A DNA stretch of 64,000 nt, taken from the NCBI GenBank assembly GCA_021778515.1, contig JAJYCJ010000005.1, forward strand, positions 1,341-65,340, given 5' to 3'. Source of the stretch: Acidobacteriota bacterium. GTDB taxonomy: Bacteria; Acidobacteriota; UBA4820; DSQY01. The first letter of the stretch is position 1; every line of letters starts with the position of its first letter. Position numbers and translations under genes: made by a program. This document shows positions 53,943-63,414 of the stretch, one piece after another. The notes below the pieces were generated by a model. That model saw only the letters and a list, made by a program, of their open reading frames with translations. It did not search any database and was not told the DNA's origin.

Positions 53943-56900
53943 TCACGGCCCCTTGAGCACGAGCTGGCCCGACTCCGCCTCATCGATGGCCCGCAGGAAC
54001 TGGGCGAAGGCTTGGTAATGGTCGGGCCACACGATCTCGTACGGGATCTCCACGCGCCTTTGGATCACCAGCCGGCCTCCCTCCATGCGGCCCTTCAAAA
54101 GGTAGCTGCCGAACGGGGTCTTGAGATCGAGATCCTGCAGTCGGTAGTCCGTGCTGAATCCGGGCGGCAGGACGATGGTTATCTCCTGGTTGATGAAGAC
54201 GGGGCCGCCCGTGGTCAACGGGAGCGTGCGATCTTTCAGGCTTGCGAAGGCCTGCGCCAGGTGCAGCGCCGGCAGCGGGTCGGCCACGGTGAGACGGCCA
54301 CCCACCTCATCGGCGTAGGCTCTTACGAGAAGCCTGTAGTTCCAGTGCAGAGGCTTCAGGATGTCGTCCAGCCCCTCCAGGTGATATTCCTTCAGGTCGA
54401 TGTCCCCGTAGCGCTTGGACAGGGCCACCTGCATGACGCGCTGCCACTGGTCCTTGGCGATCTTGTTGAGGCTGGAGCGAAGGTTTTCGGAGACCTCGGG
54501 GTCCAGGGAGGACAGGTAGTCCAGCTCCATGTCCCCGTTGGGCTGGAGGGTTCTCACCTCGGTCTCTTTGGCCGACTTCCAGGGAGAGAAGTCCGCGGGA
54601 ATGGTCACGCGCTTCCAAGGCTCGTCGGAGGTGATGTCCAGCGCCCGGGCCCCCTGGAGGTACCAAGGGAGGACGTCGGGAGCCCTGAAGGGGCTGGAGA
54701 GCACCATGTACCGGGGCGGTGCTCCCTTGAGATCCACCTCCAGGACGGGATAGCCGAACTGTCCGAGGCGCGGCAGGTTGTCCCCCGCCCGGTCCGGCAC
54801 GGCCTCGGCTATGAGCACGCGGAAGGGAATCCCCGCCAGCCGGAGGAATGCGCACATCACGGGCAGGCGGCTCCCCTGTCGGGTCAGCAGGGTCTGCGTC
54901 GGGTCCTGCCACGAGGTCTGATTCTCGCCGTCGATCGCCTGGAGGACGTACTTCACCATGCGGCCGAGCTTCTGCTCGGGGGTGGACGCGTCGCCCACGG
55001 CCTCCCTGTATCGCTGCTCCAATTCGGGGGTCACTTGAAAGGCGCCGGTGATTCCGTCCTTGAGGAAGAGCCCCACGTCCTTCCAGTCGATGCCTCCCAC
55101 CGCCTCCACCATGGGCAGGAAGAGCATGCGGTTGGGCGTGTCGGGCTCGCGCGGCGCCCGCGGCATGTCCCGATAATCCCAGTCCCTGTAGAGGAGGTTC
55201 CCGACGGTTCCCGAAGTCCCCGGCGAAGGCAGGTGCTTCTCAGCGAACTGCATGGGGATGGACTTGGGGTACTCGATGAACCACTGGGTCCTGTGGAACG
55301 GCTTGTCGATGTCTTGGAACAGCCACACCTGGGAGGTGACGTAGGCGTTCTTCTTGACGAAAGTGGGTGGCTTCAGGGTGATGTACTCGTACTCCACCAG
55401 GTCGCCCGGTTCGAGCCCCTGAAGGCTGATGGTGCTCTTGTCGGGGATCTGCTCGGGCTCCAGGATCCTGCCGTCGGGCTTGATGGTGCGTATGGAGAGG
55501 ATCACCTGCCCCGGAAGCGACTGCTCGCCCTCCCGGTCCACCCCCTCCTTGTCGTTGATCCTGAGGATGCCGTGGTAGCGCTCGAGGGAGGAGCCGTCCG
55601 GTTCGACCCGCGTGAACATCTGGTCCAGGAGCATGGATGAGGGCGCCTTGTCCGGCGCGGAAGACTTGTCCTCCTTGAGGACCTGCTCCAGGGAGACGTG
55701 CTTGTCCTGGAACGGCCACGGCTGGCCGAGGGCCATGCGCGCAAGGTCCACCTGGAAGGCGTCGGGCTTGGCCTTCTTCAACTCCTCCCACACCTTGAAC
55801 CCCGCCGCGCGATCTCCCATGAGGAAATCGCACCGCGCGAGCTGCAAAGCCACGTCCACGTCCGATCGGTCCAGGGCCAGGAGCCCATCCAGACGGGTTT
55901 TCGCGGCCGCGTACCGGCCCAGACGCACGTCCACGCCGGCCAGCCTGTAGTCGAACTGGCGGTCGCGGTCCCCGAAGCGCTTGGCCTCCTCCAGCAGGAG
56001 CGCGTGGAGCTGGGGCCACTGCCGGGTGCCCGAGTAGAACTCCTCGAGCTCGGGGTCGGCGTCGCGCAGCTTTTCCAGCCGGCGGATCGCCTCCATCTGT
56101 CCCCTGGGATCCGGGAGCTGCTGGAAATAGGAGATCCACGCCGTCTCGACGCTCTCGCATTCGGGATGGTAGGAGGAGGCCTCCTCCAGGACCTTGCGTG
56201 CATCCACGATCCAGCCGCGCCCTTCGAGTCTCTGTGCGAGGGCAACGAACCACCGGGGATCGGTGGGCGCGTCGTGCACGAGCTTCCGCAAGGCGATCAG
56301 GTCGTCGTCCGAATCTGAGTTCGCCCCCTGAAGGACGGCCTTGAAGTAGGTCGCCATGGGGGTGTTCGGCGCAAGCTCCAGGCACCGGTCCACGAACCGT
56401 TCGGCCCTGCTCTGCGCGATCTTCTGCGGAAGGTCGTCGGCTTCGAGCAGGTAGAAGCGGGCCGCCAGCAAGTTCCACAGGAAGCACTTGGGGGCCTGGT
56501 CGGCGGCCGCCTCCATGGTGAGGCGCCCGCTGGCCACGTCGCCCTGCCACCGCTGCCAGAGCGACAGGAATGCCTGGCGGCGGGGATCGTCCTTGGGGAA
56601 GGCGGCCGGGAAGGCACCCTGCCAGTCCCCTTCGTCCTTGAATCCCGCCGTCGGACCCGCGGGGGGCTGGGCTCCCTGCGGCACCACGATGGCGAGCGGG
56701 TCGCCCTCCGCGTCGAGGAGCGCCAGGTGGATCCCCTGGTCGCCGCCCGTGGCGTGGACCTTGATGAGCAGCCGGTGCGCCCCGGCAGAGAGGGCCACAC
56801 GGCGCACCACCGTCGGATTCTCCTGAATGTTGAACACGTCCTTGGTCAGCAGGACCTTGTCGTCCAGGATCACGCGGAAGCTCTTGGAGGCGTTGAAGTA

Positions 56901-57620
56901 GAGCAGCGCCTCCTGGGGCTTGTCCACGGTGAACGGCACGAGAATGTAATAGTTGGATTCCCGGTTGCGCACCGTGGCGTACAGGGGCGGGCGGACGTCG
57001 ACCGTGCGGAAGGTGGTCCGCGTCCACTTCTCCGAATCGAGCTTGCCCTGCTCCGCAGGAGAGGCCTTGTAGAAGTCGATCCGGCTCAGCGTCGTTTCAG
57101 GGCGGGAGTAGTAGGCCGCCGAAACGAATCCGGACTCGGCCATGGCCTTCTTACTCGACTCCGGATCGCCCGAGCGGGCGGCGAGCTGGAAGCCCAGCCA
57201 GCGCAGGTTGAACCGCACCAGCGGGTCCAATCCCTTCTCCTCGGCCAACTGCGGGATGGAGTCCCTCACGAGGCGGGTGCTGGCCTGGTCGAAGGTGGCG
57301 TCGTCGCTGATGAAATCCTGGAGCAGGAAAGTCAAGGGGCTGGAGGGGGCGTTGCGGAGCCCCTCAACCGCCGTCACGAGAGACTTTTCACGCTCTCCCT
57401 TGGCCTCCTCCAGGAGGGCCAGGGCGTAGCTGGTCGAAGCATCGCTGTGGTCACGCTCCAGGTCCCTCCTCAGGGCCGCCTCCGCCTCGGCGGGGCTCTT
57501 CCCCTCCAGCAGAGCCTGCCACCCGGGGGTCAGTCCGGAGCCCCAGACGGCCGGGGAGAGAGAGATCCCGATGGTCAGTGCGACGGCCCAGAAGCTCGGA
57601 CGGATGTTGCGGCGCGTCAT
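53943..57620 (-). CDS. Large secreted TPR / DUF3857 / transglutaminase-like / DUF3858-type protein, paralog B (1225 aa); catalytic Cys apparently absent
   Basis: Signal peptide. Same architecture as the upstream paralog, but the core aligns as ..TRQGSRLPVMCAFLRLAGIPFRV.. against ..FGDCKDKAILTAAMLRQAGLDA.. in paralog A, so the G-x-C nucleophile is not conserved. Confidence 0.65.
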   Translation of the reverse strand: MTRRNIRPSFWAVALTIGISLSPAVWGSGLTPGWQALLEGKSPAEAEAALRRDLERDHSDASTSYALALLEEAKGEREKSLVTAVEGLRNAPSSPLTFLLQDFISDDATFDQASTRLVRDSIPQLAEEKGLDPLVRFNLRWLGFQLAARSGDPESSKKAMAESGFVSAAYYSRPETTLSRIDFYKASPAEQGKLDSEKWTRTTFRTVDVRPPLYATVRNRESNYYILVPFTVDKPQEALLYFNASKSFRVILDDKVLLTKDVFNIQENPTVVRRVALSAGAHRLLIKVHATGGDQGIHLALLDAEGDPLAIVVPQGAQPPAGPTAGFKDEGDWQGAFPAAFPKDDPRRQAFLSLWQRWQGDVASGRLTMEAAADQAPKCFLWNLLAARFYLLEADDLPQKIAQSRAERFVDRCLELAPNTPMATYFKAVLQGANSDSDDDLIALRKLVHDAPTDPRWFVALAQRLEGRGWIVDARKVLEEASSYHPECESVETAWISYFQQLPDPRGQMEAIRRLEKLRDADPELEEFYSGTRQWPQLHALLLEEAKRFGDRDRQFDYRLAGVDVRLGRYAAAKTRLDGLLALDRSDVDVALQLARCDFLMGDRAAGFKVWEELKKAKPDAFQVDLARMALGQPWPFQDKHVSLEQVLKEDKSSAPDKAPSSMLLDQMFTRVEPDGSSLERYHGILRINDKEGVDREGEQSLPGQVILSIRTIKPDGRILEPEQIPDKSTISLQGLEPGDLVEYEYITLKPPTFVKKNAYVTSQVWLFQDIDKPFHRTQWFIEYPKSIPMQFAEKHLPSPGTSGTVGNLLYRDWDYRDMPRAPREPDTPNRMLFLPMVEAVGGIDWKDVGLFLKDGITGAFQVTPELEQRYREAVGDASTPEQKLGRMVKYVLQAIDGENQTSWQDPTQTLLTRQGSRLPVMCAFLRLAGIPFRVLIAEAVPDRAGDNLPRLGQFGYPVLEVDLKGAPPRYMVLSSPFRAPDVLPWYLQGARALDITSDEPWKRVTIPADFSPWKSAKETEVRTLQPNGDMELDYLSSLDPEVSENLRSSLNKIAKDQWQRVMQVALSKRYGDIDLKEYHLEGLDDILKPLHWNYRLLVRAYADEVGGRLTVADPLPALHLAQAFASLKDRTLPLTTGGPVFINQEITIVLPPGFSTDYRLQDLDLKTPFGSYLLKGRMEGGRLVIQRRVEIPYEIVWPDHYQAFAQFLRAIDEAESGQLVLKGP

Positions 57621-60600
57621 GGCTTACCTCCAGCCAGCTGAACCCGCAAGCGCTCTCCCGCGGCCTTGTCGGCCGCCTGGCAGAAGGCCCTGAAAGCCGG
57701 ATAGTCCTGGGGGCTCACCTCGCGGACGCCGAGTTCCACCGTAAGTTTCACCGACACCTGCCTCTCTCCCCCGCTGAAGGTCCTGGTGACCGACCCGAAG
57801 GGCGTATGGATGGACACCGGTGCCATGGCCTTGGCGGTGGCTCCTCGAGGCAGCGTGAAGGTGACGTCGTACTCCTGCACCCAGGGGTAGTCGATCTCGA
57901 GCGGATAGTGCCGCTGGGCCAACGCGGCGAAGCCGGCGAAGAGATTGAGCTGGCCCATCCAAACCGGAAGCGAGACCTCGTGCTCCCCGTCGGGGCTGAC
58001 CACCTGGCCCAGCGTGCCATCGAAGGAGAAGGTGACGGGCGAGGAGAGGTCCGCCAGGTCGCTCGCGGTGGCGCTCGAAAGGTGCGTCCCCGGAAAGGCG
58101 CCCGAGATGTCCTTTTCGAGCTGCTCCCTCAGCTTGTCCTTGTCCTGAAAGCGCCGCCGGAGCCAGGCGCACTGCTGGCCGATCACGGTGACCGCGCCCC
58201 GCGCCTCGGCCGAGGTTCCCGAGGCCGGGACCTCCACCCGGTAGACGGCACGGTATTGATTGTCGGCCGCCTTGTCCACGGGCGTCTCCATCCGCTTGGT
58301 GCGGCCGTCGGGCCATACGAGCTGCACCCAGACGCCCTGATCCTGGTAGGGCAGCTCGTGGAGACCCGAGTACTCCGCGGTCCCATCCAGAAAGAGGTTC
58401 AGCTCAGGCACGTAGGTGATGGCGTGGTTGAAGATCGCCAGGGACGCCGGCGTCGGGTAGATGCTCCCCAGGTCCCGCGTCCGGACGAGCACCATGCAGG
58501 CGTCCAATCCGGCCTGGCGGAGCATGGCCGCCGTCAGAATGGCCTTGTCCTTGCAGTCGCCGAACCGACGCTCGAAGATCTGGCCCACCTTGTACGGACG
58601 GAACCCGTGGACCCCGAACTCCAGGCCAACGTAGTGCGTCTGCTGGACCACCCAGCGGTGGATGGCCGACACCTTGGCCTCCGTGGTGGTGGCGCCCTGA
58701 ATCAGCTCGGCCACCTTGGCCTTCACCTCGGGCGTCACCTGCCACTGGTCGCTGATGAACTTGGCGTACCAGGCCCCCATCGCGTCCCAATCCTGGAAGG
58801 TGGAAACGTGGAGGTAGGGAAGGACGTCCGTGAAGCCAGGCATGTCCGGCTCCTGCTCCACCTGCGGGATGTCCCGCACCACCCACCGGTAGATCTTCTC
58901 CGAACTGCGGGTCACGACAATGGGCTCGGTGCTCAGCCGCTCGGCATGAACGTAGAGGGGCAGGTCGGACGGCATGATCAGGGTGTACTGCTTCAGGAGG
59001 ATGGGGCTCTGCCCGGCGAAGGTCTCGATGTCGCCGAAGTACCGTCCGTACTCGTTGCGCTCGCCGATGTCCGAGATCTTGTATTCGATCCAGAGGCGGT
59101 CGCCGGCGCTGAGCGAAGGGAAGGAGAGCACCATGTTCCGATTGCGGTAGTAGAGGCGGTACCGGGGATCGGAGAGCGCGTCCGTCACCATGACGTCGGC
59201 GTGAACCTTCGTCCCGTCGGGCTTCAGGATGGAGGCATCCAGGATGCGCACCTCCTGCCGGTCGGGGTCGAAGGTGATGGGCCAGGTCTGAAGCTGCTGC
59301 GCGGCCGCAGGCTGGAGGACCTGTATCACCATCTGCACGTAGCGGCTCGACAGTCCGCTGGGCTGGACCTTGATGGCCGTGTTGTCCAGCAGCACCACCG
59401 CCTGCTGCCCGGAGAAGGTGCCTAGGGCCGTGGGAAGGTCCTTCGGCTCAACCCTGTACTGGCTCTCGAACCCCTCCCCCTGCGGGCTCAAAAAGGACAC
59501 CTTTCGCTTGACGGATTCCATTTGCGGTCGCAGGGTCAGCGCTGCCTGGTACTCGGCGAGCGCCTTGGAGGAGTCGCCCAGGGCCCTCAGCAGATCGCCC
59601 TGCAGGTCATGCCCCTCGGGCCAGTCGGGGCACCATTTCAAGGCGGCGGCTACCAGTCCTTCGGCCTCCTTCGGCTGGTTCTGCGCGAGAAGGTAGGAGG
59701 CATGCCGGTAGATCAGCATGCGGTCCAGGGGGAACCGGGCCTCCATCTGGGTGAAGAGTTCGAGAACCCGGCCGGTGTGTCCCGTTCGGACCTCATCGGC
59801 GATGGCATCGTACCAGGCGCCCGTGTCTTCTTGATGGGTCTCGCGGTAACGCTCCATCGTCTCGGTTTCCTGCGCCGGGTCGCCCAGCTTTCTGAGGGAG
59901 GCCAGGTAGGCCAGCTGGACCACGGCGCAGCCCGGATGGGCCGAATAGAGCGCCTGAAGATCGGCGTCGCCGATGCCTTCGCTGGCGAACTGTAGCCGGA
60001 CCTGGCACTGCAAGGCCCTGGTGGGCAGACAGTCGGGTTCGGCCGCCACGGCGCGGTCGAGGTACTGGAGGGCAGGAAAGGGCATGCCCCGATCCAGGTA
60101 GTGGCGGGCCATCCGCTCCAGGGCCAGGGGGTTCTTGGGAGCGACGTCCAGGGCCTTCTGGTAATCGGCCCTGCGCTTGTTGTGATCCCGTTCGGCATCT
60201 CCCAGCACCAGCCAGGGAACGGGGTCGCTTGAGGAGGCCTCGGCAGCCTTGCGCAGGATCTCCAGGTGGGAGGTATCGCCTCGGTCGAACGTCCTCATGG
60301 CCAGGAGGTACTGGCCGTAGTCTTCCAGGCTTCCGGCATCGGGGTGAGATTCCGAACGGGCCTTCAGCGCCTCGCCCGGATCGTTCACCTCCATGCCCTT
60401 GGGAGGCAGACCGTTCTTGGCCAGGACCTTGTCCAGCGGCTCCTTCACCGCCGCCGGGTCGGAGGTCGAGGTCCATCCGGAGAGCGGCCGCCCCTTTTCA
60501 TCCGTGAGGCGAAGCTCGAAGTTCCATCCCCCGTCGCTGTTGCAGACCTTCACGAGCAAGGCATTCCAGCCCTTGCGAAGGGTGCACCCGTCGGCGAATT

Positions 60601-61282
60601 GGTCAAAGGCCCTTCCGTTGTATCGCTTCCGGCTGGCGACCAGGTCGCCGTCGACCCACAGCTTGTAGGCCTCGTTGTAGCCGCCCCGCAAGACGCACGG
60701 CGTGTCCTTCGGCACTCTGATGAAGGTGAGGGCGTAGCCCGCCACGTTTTCCGTGGGGTCCATGACCTGGTCCAGGGGGACTACGCCGTTCACCAGCCGC
60801 TCGGGGACGGCCCTCCAGCTCACGGGGTGGGACTTGGCCACGTAGGAGGCCCCCATGTCGAGCTTGGTCTCGGGGGGATAGACGGCGTCGAAGCCCTGCT
60901 TGTTCTCGTCGTCGAAGGGGCCGATGACCCGCCAGGAGAGGACGTAGCCCATCTGCGCCTCCAGGCGTTGCGCCTCCTGGACCTTCCCGAGGTCGCGGTC
61001 CTGCCGGGCGAGAAGGTGCGCCACCTGGGCTTTCACCTCCGGCGCCGCATCGGGGGCATTCAGGACCTGCTGGAGCGCTTTTTCGAAGGCCGCCGGCGAA
61101 TCCGTCGCATCCAGGTACCCATAGGCGCGATAGAGGGCCACGATGGCCCGGGCCTGGCCTCGCCAGGCCCACAGGTCCGCCAGGGCGGCCCGCTGGAGGT
61201 CTTGAACGGTGTCGGCTCGGGCGACCAATCCCAGCGCGAGCGCGACGAGAAAAAGGACGGAGACGCGACGACGGCGCATCAA
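57617..61282 (-). CDS. Large secreted TPR / DUF3857 / transglutaminase-like / DUF3858-type protein, paralog A (1221 aa); Cys-containing core
   Basis: Signal peptide MMRRRRVSVLFLVALALGLVARA. TPR region. Transglutaminase-like core ..RRFGDCKDKAILTAAMLRQAGLDACMVLVRT.. Confidence 0.7.
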   Translation of the reverse strand: MMRRRRVSVLFLVALALGLVARADTVQDLQRAALADLWAWRGQARAIVALYRAYGYLDATDSPAAFEKALQQVLNAPDAAPEVKAQVAHLLARQDRDLGKVQEAQRLEAQMGYVLSWRVIGPFDDENKQGFDAVYPPETKLDMGASYVAKSHPVSWRAVPERLVNGVVPLDQVMDPTENVAGYALTFIRVPKDTPCVLRGGYNEAYKLWVDGDLVASRKRYNGRAFDQFADGCTLRKGWNALLVKVCNSDGGWNFELRLTDEKGRPLSGWTSTSDPAAVKEPLDKVLAKNGLPPKGMEVNDPGEALKARSESHPDAGSLEDYGQYLLAMRTFDRGDTSHLEILRKAAEASSSDPVPWLVLGDAERDHNKRRADYQKALDVAPKNPLALERMARHYLDRGMPFPALQYLDRAVAAEPDCLPTRALQCQVRLQFASEGIGDADLQALYSAHPGCAVVQLAYLASLRKLGDPAQETETMERYRETHQEDTGAWYDAIADEVRTGHTGRVLELFTQMEARFPLDRMLIYRHASYLLAQNQPKEAEGLVAAALKWCPDWPEGHDLQGDLLRALGDSSKALAEYQAALTLRPQMESVKRKVSFLSPQGEGFESQYRVEPKDLPTALGTFSGQQAVVLLDNTAIKVQPSGLSSRYVQMVIQVLQPAAAQQLQTWPITFDPDRQEVRILDASILKPDGTKVHADVMVTDALSDPRYRLYYRNRNMVLSFPSLSAGDRLWIEYKISDIGERNEYGRYFGDIETFAGQSPILLKQYTLIMPSDLPLYVHAERLSTEPIVVTRSSEKIYRWVVRDIPQVEQEPDMPGFTDVLPYLHVSTFQDWDAMGAWYAKFISDQWQVTPEVKAKVAELIQGATTTEAKVSAIHRWVVQQTHYVGLEFGVHGFRPYKVGQIFERRFGDCKDKAILTAAMLRQAGLDACMVLVRTRDLGSIYPTPASLAIFNHAITYVPELNLFLDGTAEYSGLHELPYQDQGVWVQLVWPDGRTKRMETPVDKAADNQYRAVYRVEVPASGTSAEARGAVTVIGQQCAWLRRRFQDKDKLREQLEKDISGAFPGTHLSSATASDLADLSSPVTFSFDGTLGQVVSPDGEHEVSLPVWMGQLNLFAGFAALAQRHYPLEIDYPWVQEYDVTFTLPRGATAKAMAPVSIHTPFGSVTRTFSGGERQVSVKLTVELGVREVSPQDYPAFRAFCQAADKAAGERLRVQLAGGKP

Positions 61283-62148
61283 ACACCCCTCAAATAGGCG
61301 GGCCGCAGCGGGAGCGACCCACGCTCGGCGGCCCTGATGGCGGAGAGAATCTTGAGTGTGTCACGCGAGAGACGGCCGCCTATGGGAAGCGGGTTGGACG
61401 CGTGATTGGCCCTGAATACCGTGTCTTTGAGATCCAGCGCCCCCACCAGCAGCCCCAGTTCGCGGATGAGGGCGAGATCGCCGGGCAGCGAGAACGCCGA
61501 GGCGGCCATCTGACGGAATAGCGGCGCCTCGGGAACGGGGAACCACGCCAGCACGGAGAGGTAGTGGGGTTGAATGGCGTTCACCGCGCGGGCCGTCGCC
61601 AGGGCGTGTTCCTCCGATCCCTCGCTCCCGCCCAGCCCCAGCAGAACCATCACCGAGGAGCGCAGCCCGGCATCCTGTCCGCGGCGAATGGCCTCCACCG
61701 CAGATGCGGCATCGATCCCCTTGGCCGCGCGGCGGAGCACCGCATCGCTCCCCGATTCCAGCCCTACGTAGAAGAGGGTCAACCCCGCGCCCGCAAGCGC
61801 CCTCAGCTCCTCCGGAACCTTGGACAGGAGGTTCAGGGGCGTGGCGTAGAGGCTCACCCGCCTCAGCTTCGGGAAGGCCGCGGAGAGAGAGCGCAGGATC
61901 TCCATCAGGTGCTCGGTGGGCGCCGCCAGGGCGTCCCCGTCCGCCAGGAAGACCCTCGCCGTCTCGGGCCAGAGACGTCCTGCTTCGGCGATTTCATCCA
62001 GCATCTCGTCCAGGGGCCGTACCTCGAAGCGCTTGTTGCGGTACATGGCGCAGAAGGTGCACGTGTTGTGGGAGCAGCCGACGGTGGCCTGGAAAATAAG
62101 GCTGTCGGCCTCGGAGGGGGGTCTGAAGACCGGTTCTTGGTAGCGCAT
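61279..62148 (-). CDS. Radical SAM protein
   Basis: Start MRYQEPVF (ATG at complement 62146-62148). CSHNTCTFC (C-x3-C-x2-C). ATGA overlap with the downstream transglutaminase-like gene. Confidence 0.7.
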   Translation of the reverse strand: MRYQEPVFRPPSEADSLIFQATVGCSHNTCTFCAMYRNKRFEVRPLDEMLDEIAEAGRLWPETARVFLADGDALAAPTEHLMEILRSLSAAFPKLRRVSLYATPLNLLSKVPEELRALAGAGLTLFYVGLESGSDAVLRRAAKGIDAASAVEAIRRGQDAGLRSSVMVLLGLGGSEGSEEHALATARAVNAIQPHYLSVLAWFPVPEAPLFRQMAASAFSLPGDLALIRELGLLVGALDLKDTVFRANHASNPLPIGGRLSRDTLKILSAIRAAERGSLPLRPAYLRGV

Positions 62149-62194
62149 CGTCCCTCGGCGACAGCTCGTAGTGTAGCCCCCCTCCCCCGGGCGG

Positions 62195-62857
62195 TCAAAC
62201 CTCCGCCGGAAGGCGGACGTCGGGCGGGCGCACATAAGTGGGGAGGAGCCTCGCGGTGGGCTCGCCCGAAGCCATGGCGGCGAGCGCCACCCGGGCGGCG
62301 GGTACGGCGAGGTTCGGGACTTCGCCGATGAGCCGGCACTCCCCAGGCCAACCTCGCACCAGCGCCACCCCGTCTCCTGCCGCCCACGTCGGCGACGGCA
62401 TCTCATCGAGTACCCGTTCCGCCGCCAGCGCCCCTGGCTCCCCCAGGGACATCACGTCCCCCTCTCTCCTGAGAAACCGCTGGCAGTAAACCTGGGAGCG
62501 GCGCGCATCCATGACCGCCAGCCCGGCCCCCTCGGCCTGCACGGCGAGGGCGATGGCCCTGAGGCTCTGAAGGCCGTACGCCGGAATGGAGAGGGCGCGG
62601 GAGAGGCCCAGGGCGGAGGCCAGGCCGATGCGCAGGCCGGTAAAGGAGCCGGGGCCCGTGACGGCACCGATGGCGCACAGATCCCCCCGCCCGGCTCCGC
62701 AGCCGGCGAGAAGGGATTCGAGGGCCGGGACGAGCCGCGTGGCATGGGTCGCGGTGGCCTCTTCGCGGGCCGCGACCACCGCCCCGCCCTCATCCACGAG
62801 GGCGAGGCCGAGCCTGCGGGTACTCGTATCCACTCCCAGCGCAAACCTTGGGTTCAC
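62195..62857 (-). CDS. tsaB: tRNA threonylcarbamoyladenosine biosynthesis protein TsaB (YeaZ)
   Basis: ..ALGVDTSTRRLGLAL..GPGSFTGLRIGLA.. is TsaB-like. Confidence 0.75.
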   Translation of the reverse strand: MNPRFALGVDTSTRRLGLALVDEGGAVVAAREEATATHATRLVPALESLLAGCGAGRGDLCAIGAVTGPGSFTGLRIGLASALGLSRALSIPAYGLQSLRAIALAVQAEGAGLAVMDARRSQVYCQRFLRREGDVMSLGEPGALAAERVLDEMPSPTWAAGDGVALVRGWPGECRLIGEVPNLAVPAARVALAAMASGEPTARLLPTYVRPPDVRLPAEV

Positions 62858-62950
62858 TGCAACACCCCTTCCGGCGACACTCTCCGCCAGATCAAAACGA
62901 AAAGGGGGCCTGACCAGCAGGCCCCCACCATTCTACCCTTTCGGGCCTTT

Positions 62951-63325
62951 TCAGTTGAACATCTGGGCGATCTTGGAAATGCCGGGCATCTCCCACTTCT
63001 GGCCGCCGAACGCCTTCACCCAGCCCATGATCATCATGACCAGGACCAAAATCCACCACACGCAGAGGATCAGTCCCACCAGGATGTTCAGGAACGGGAT
63101 GAACATGCCCACCATGCCGCAGATCCAGACGATCACGGCCACGATGGTCAGCCCGAGACCCTGACGCGAGTGCCAGTAGACGTACTCCTTCTGGGGATCG
63201 GAACGCTTATCCCGATACATGAAAAAGGGGATCAGCGAAAAGATCCCGAAGTACGCCAAGAAGAGGAAAATCTTGTCGTCGTCGGCATAGGGTTTCCCGC
63301 CACCCACAGACCCGGTTTCGCTCAT
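62951..63325 (-). CDS. DUF4870-like small membrane protein
   Basis: Start MSETGSV with GGGAGG RBS. Three hydrophobic helices. Confidence 0.5.
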   Translation of the reverse strand: MSETGSVGGGKPYADDDKIFLFLAYFGIFSLIPFFMYRDKRSDPQKEYVYWHSRQGLGLTIVAVIVWICGMVGMFIPFLNILVGLILCVWWILVLVMMIMGWVKAFGGQKWEMPGISKIAQMFN

Positions 63326-63414
63326 GCACGGCCTCCCTTGTTTTCCTGCCACCCATTATACCCAACGCCCTGCAAAACGCAACACACCCCCCCCGCAAGG
63401 TCGTCGAAAGCCCC

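Noticed and set aside
54012-59425. Plus-strand ORFs of 542 and 615 aa opposite the transglutaminase-like genes
   Set aside because: Antisense artefacts with Gly/Arg/Val/Asp bias.
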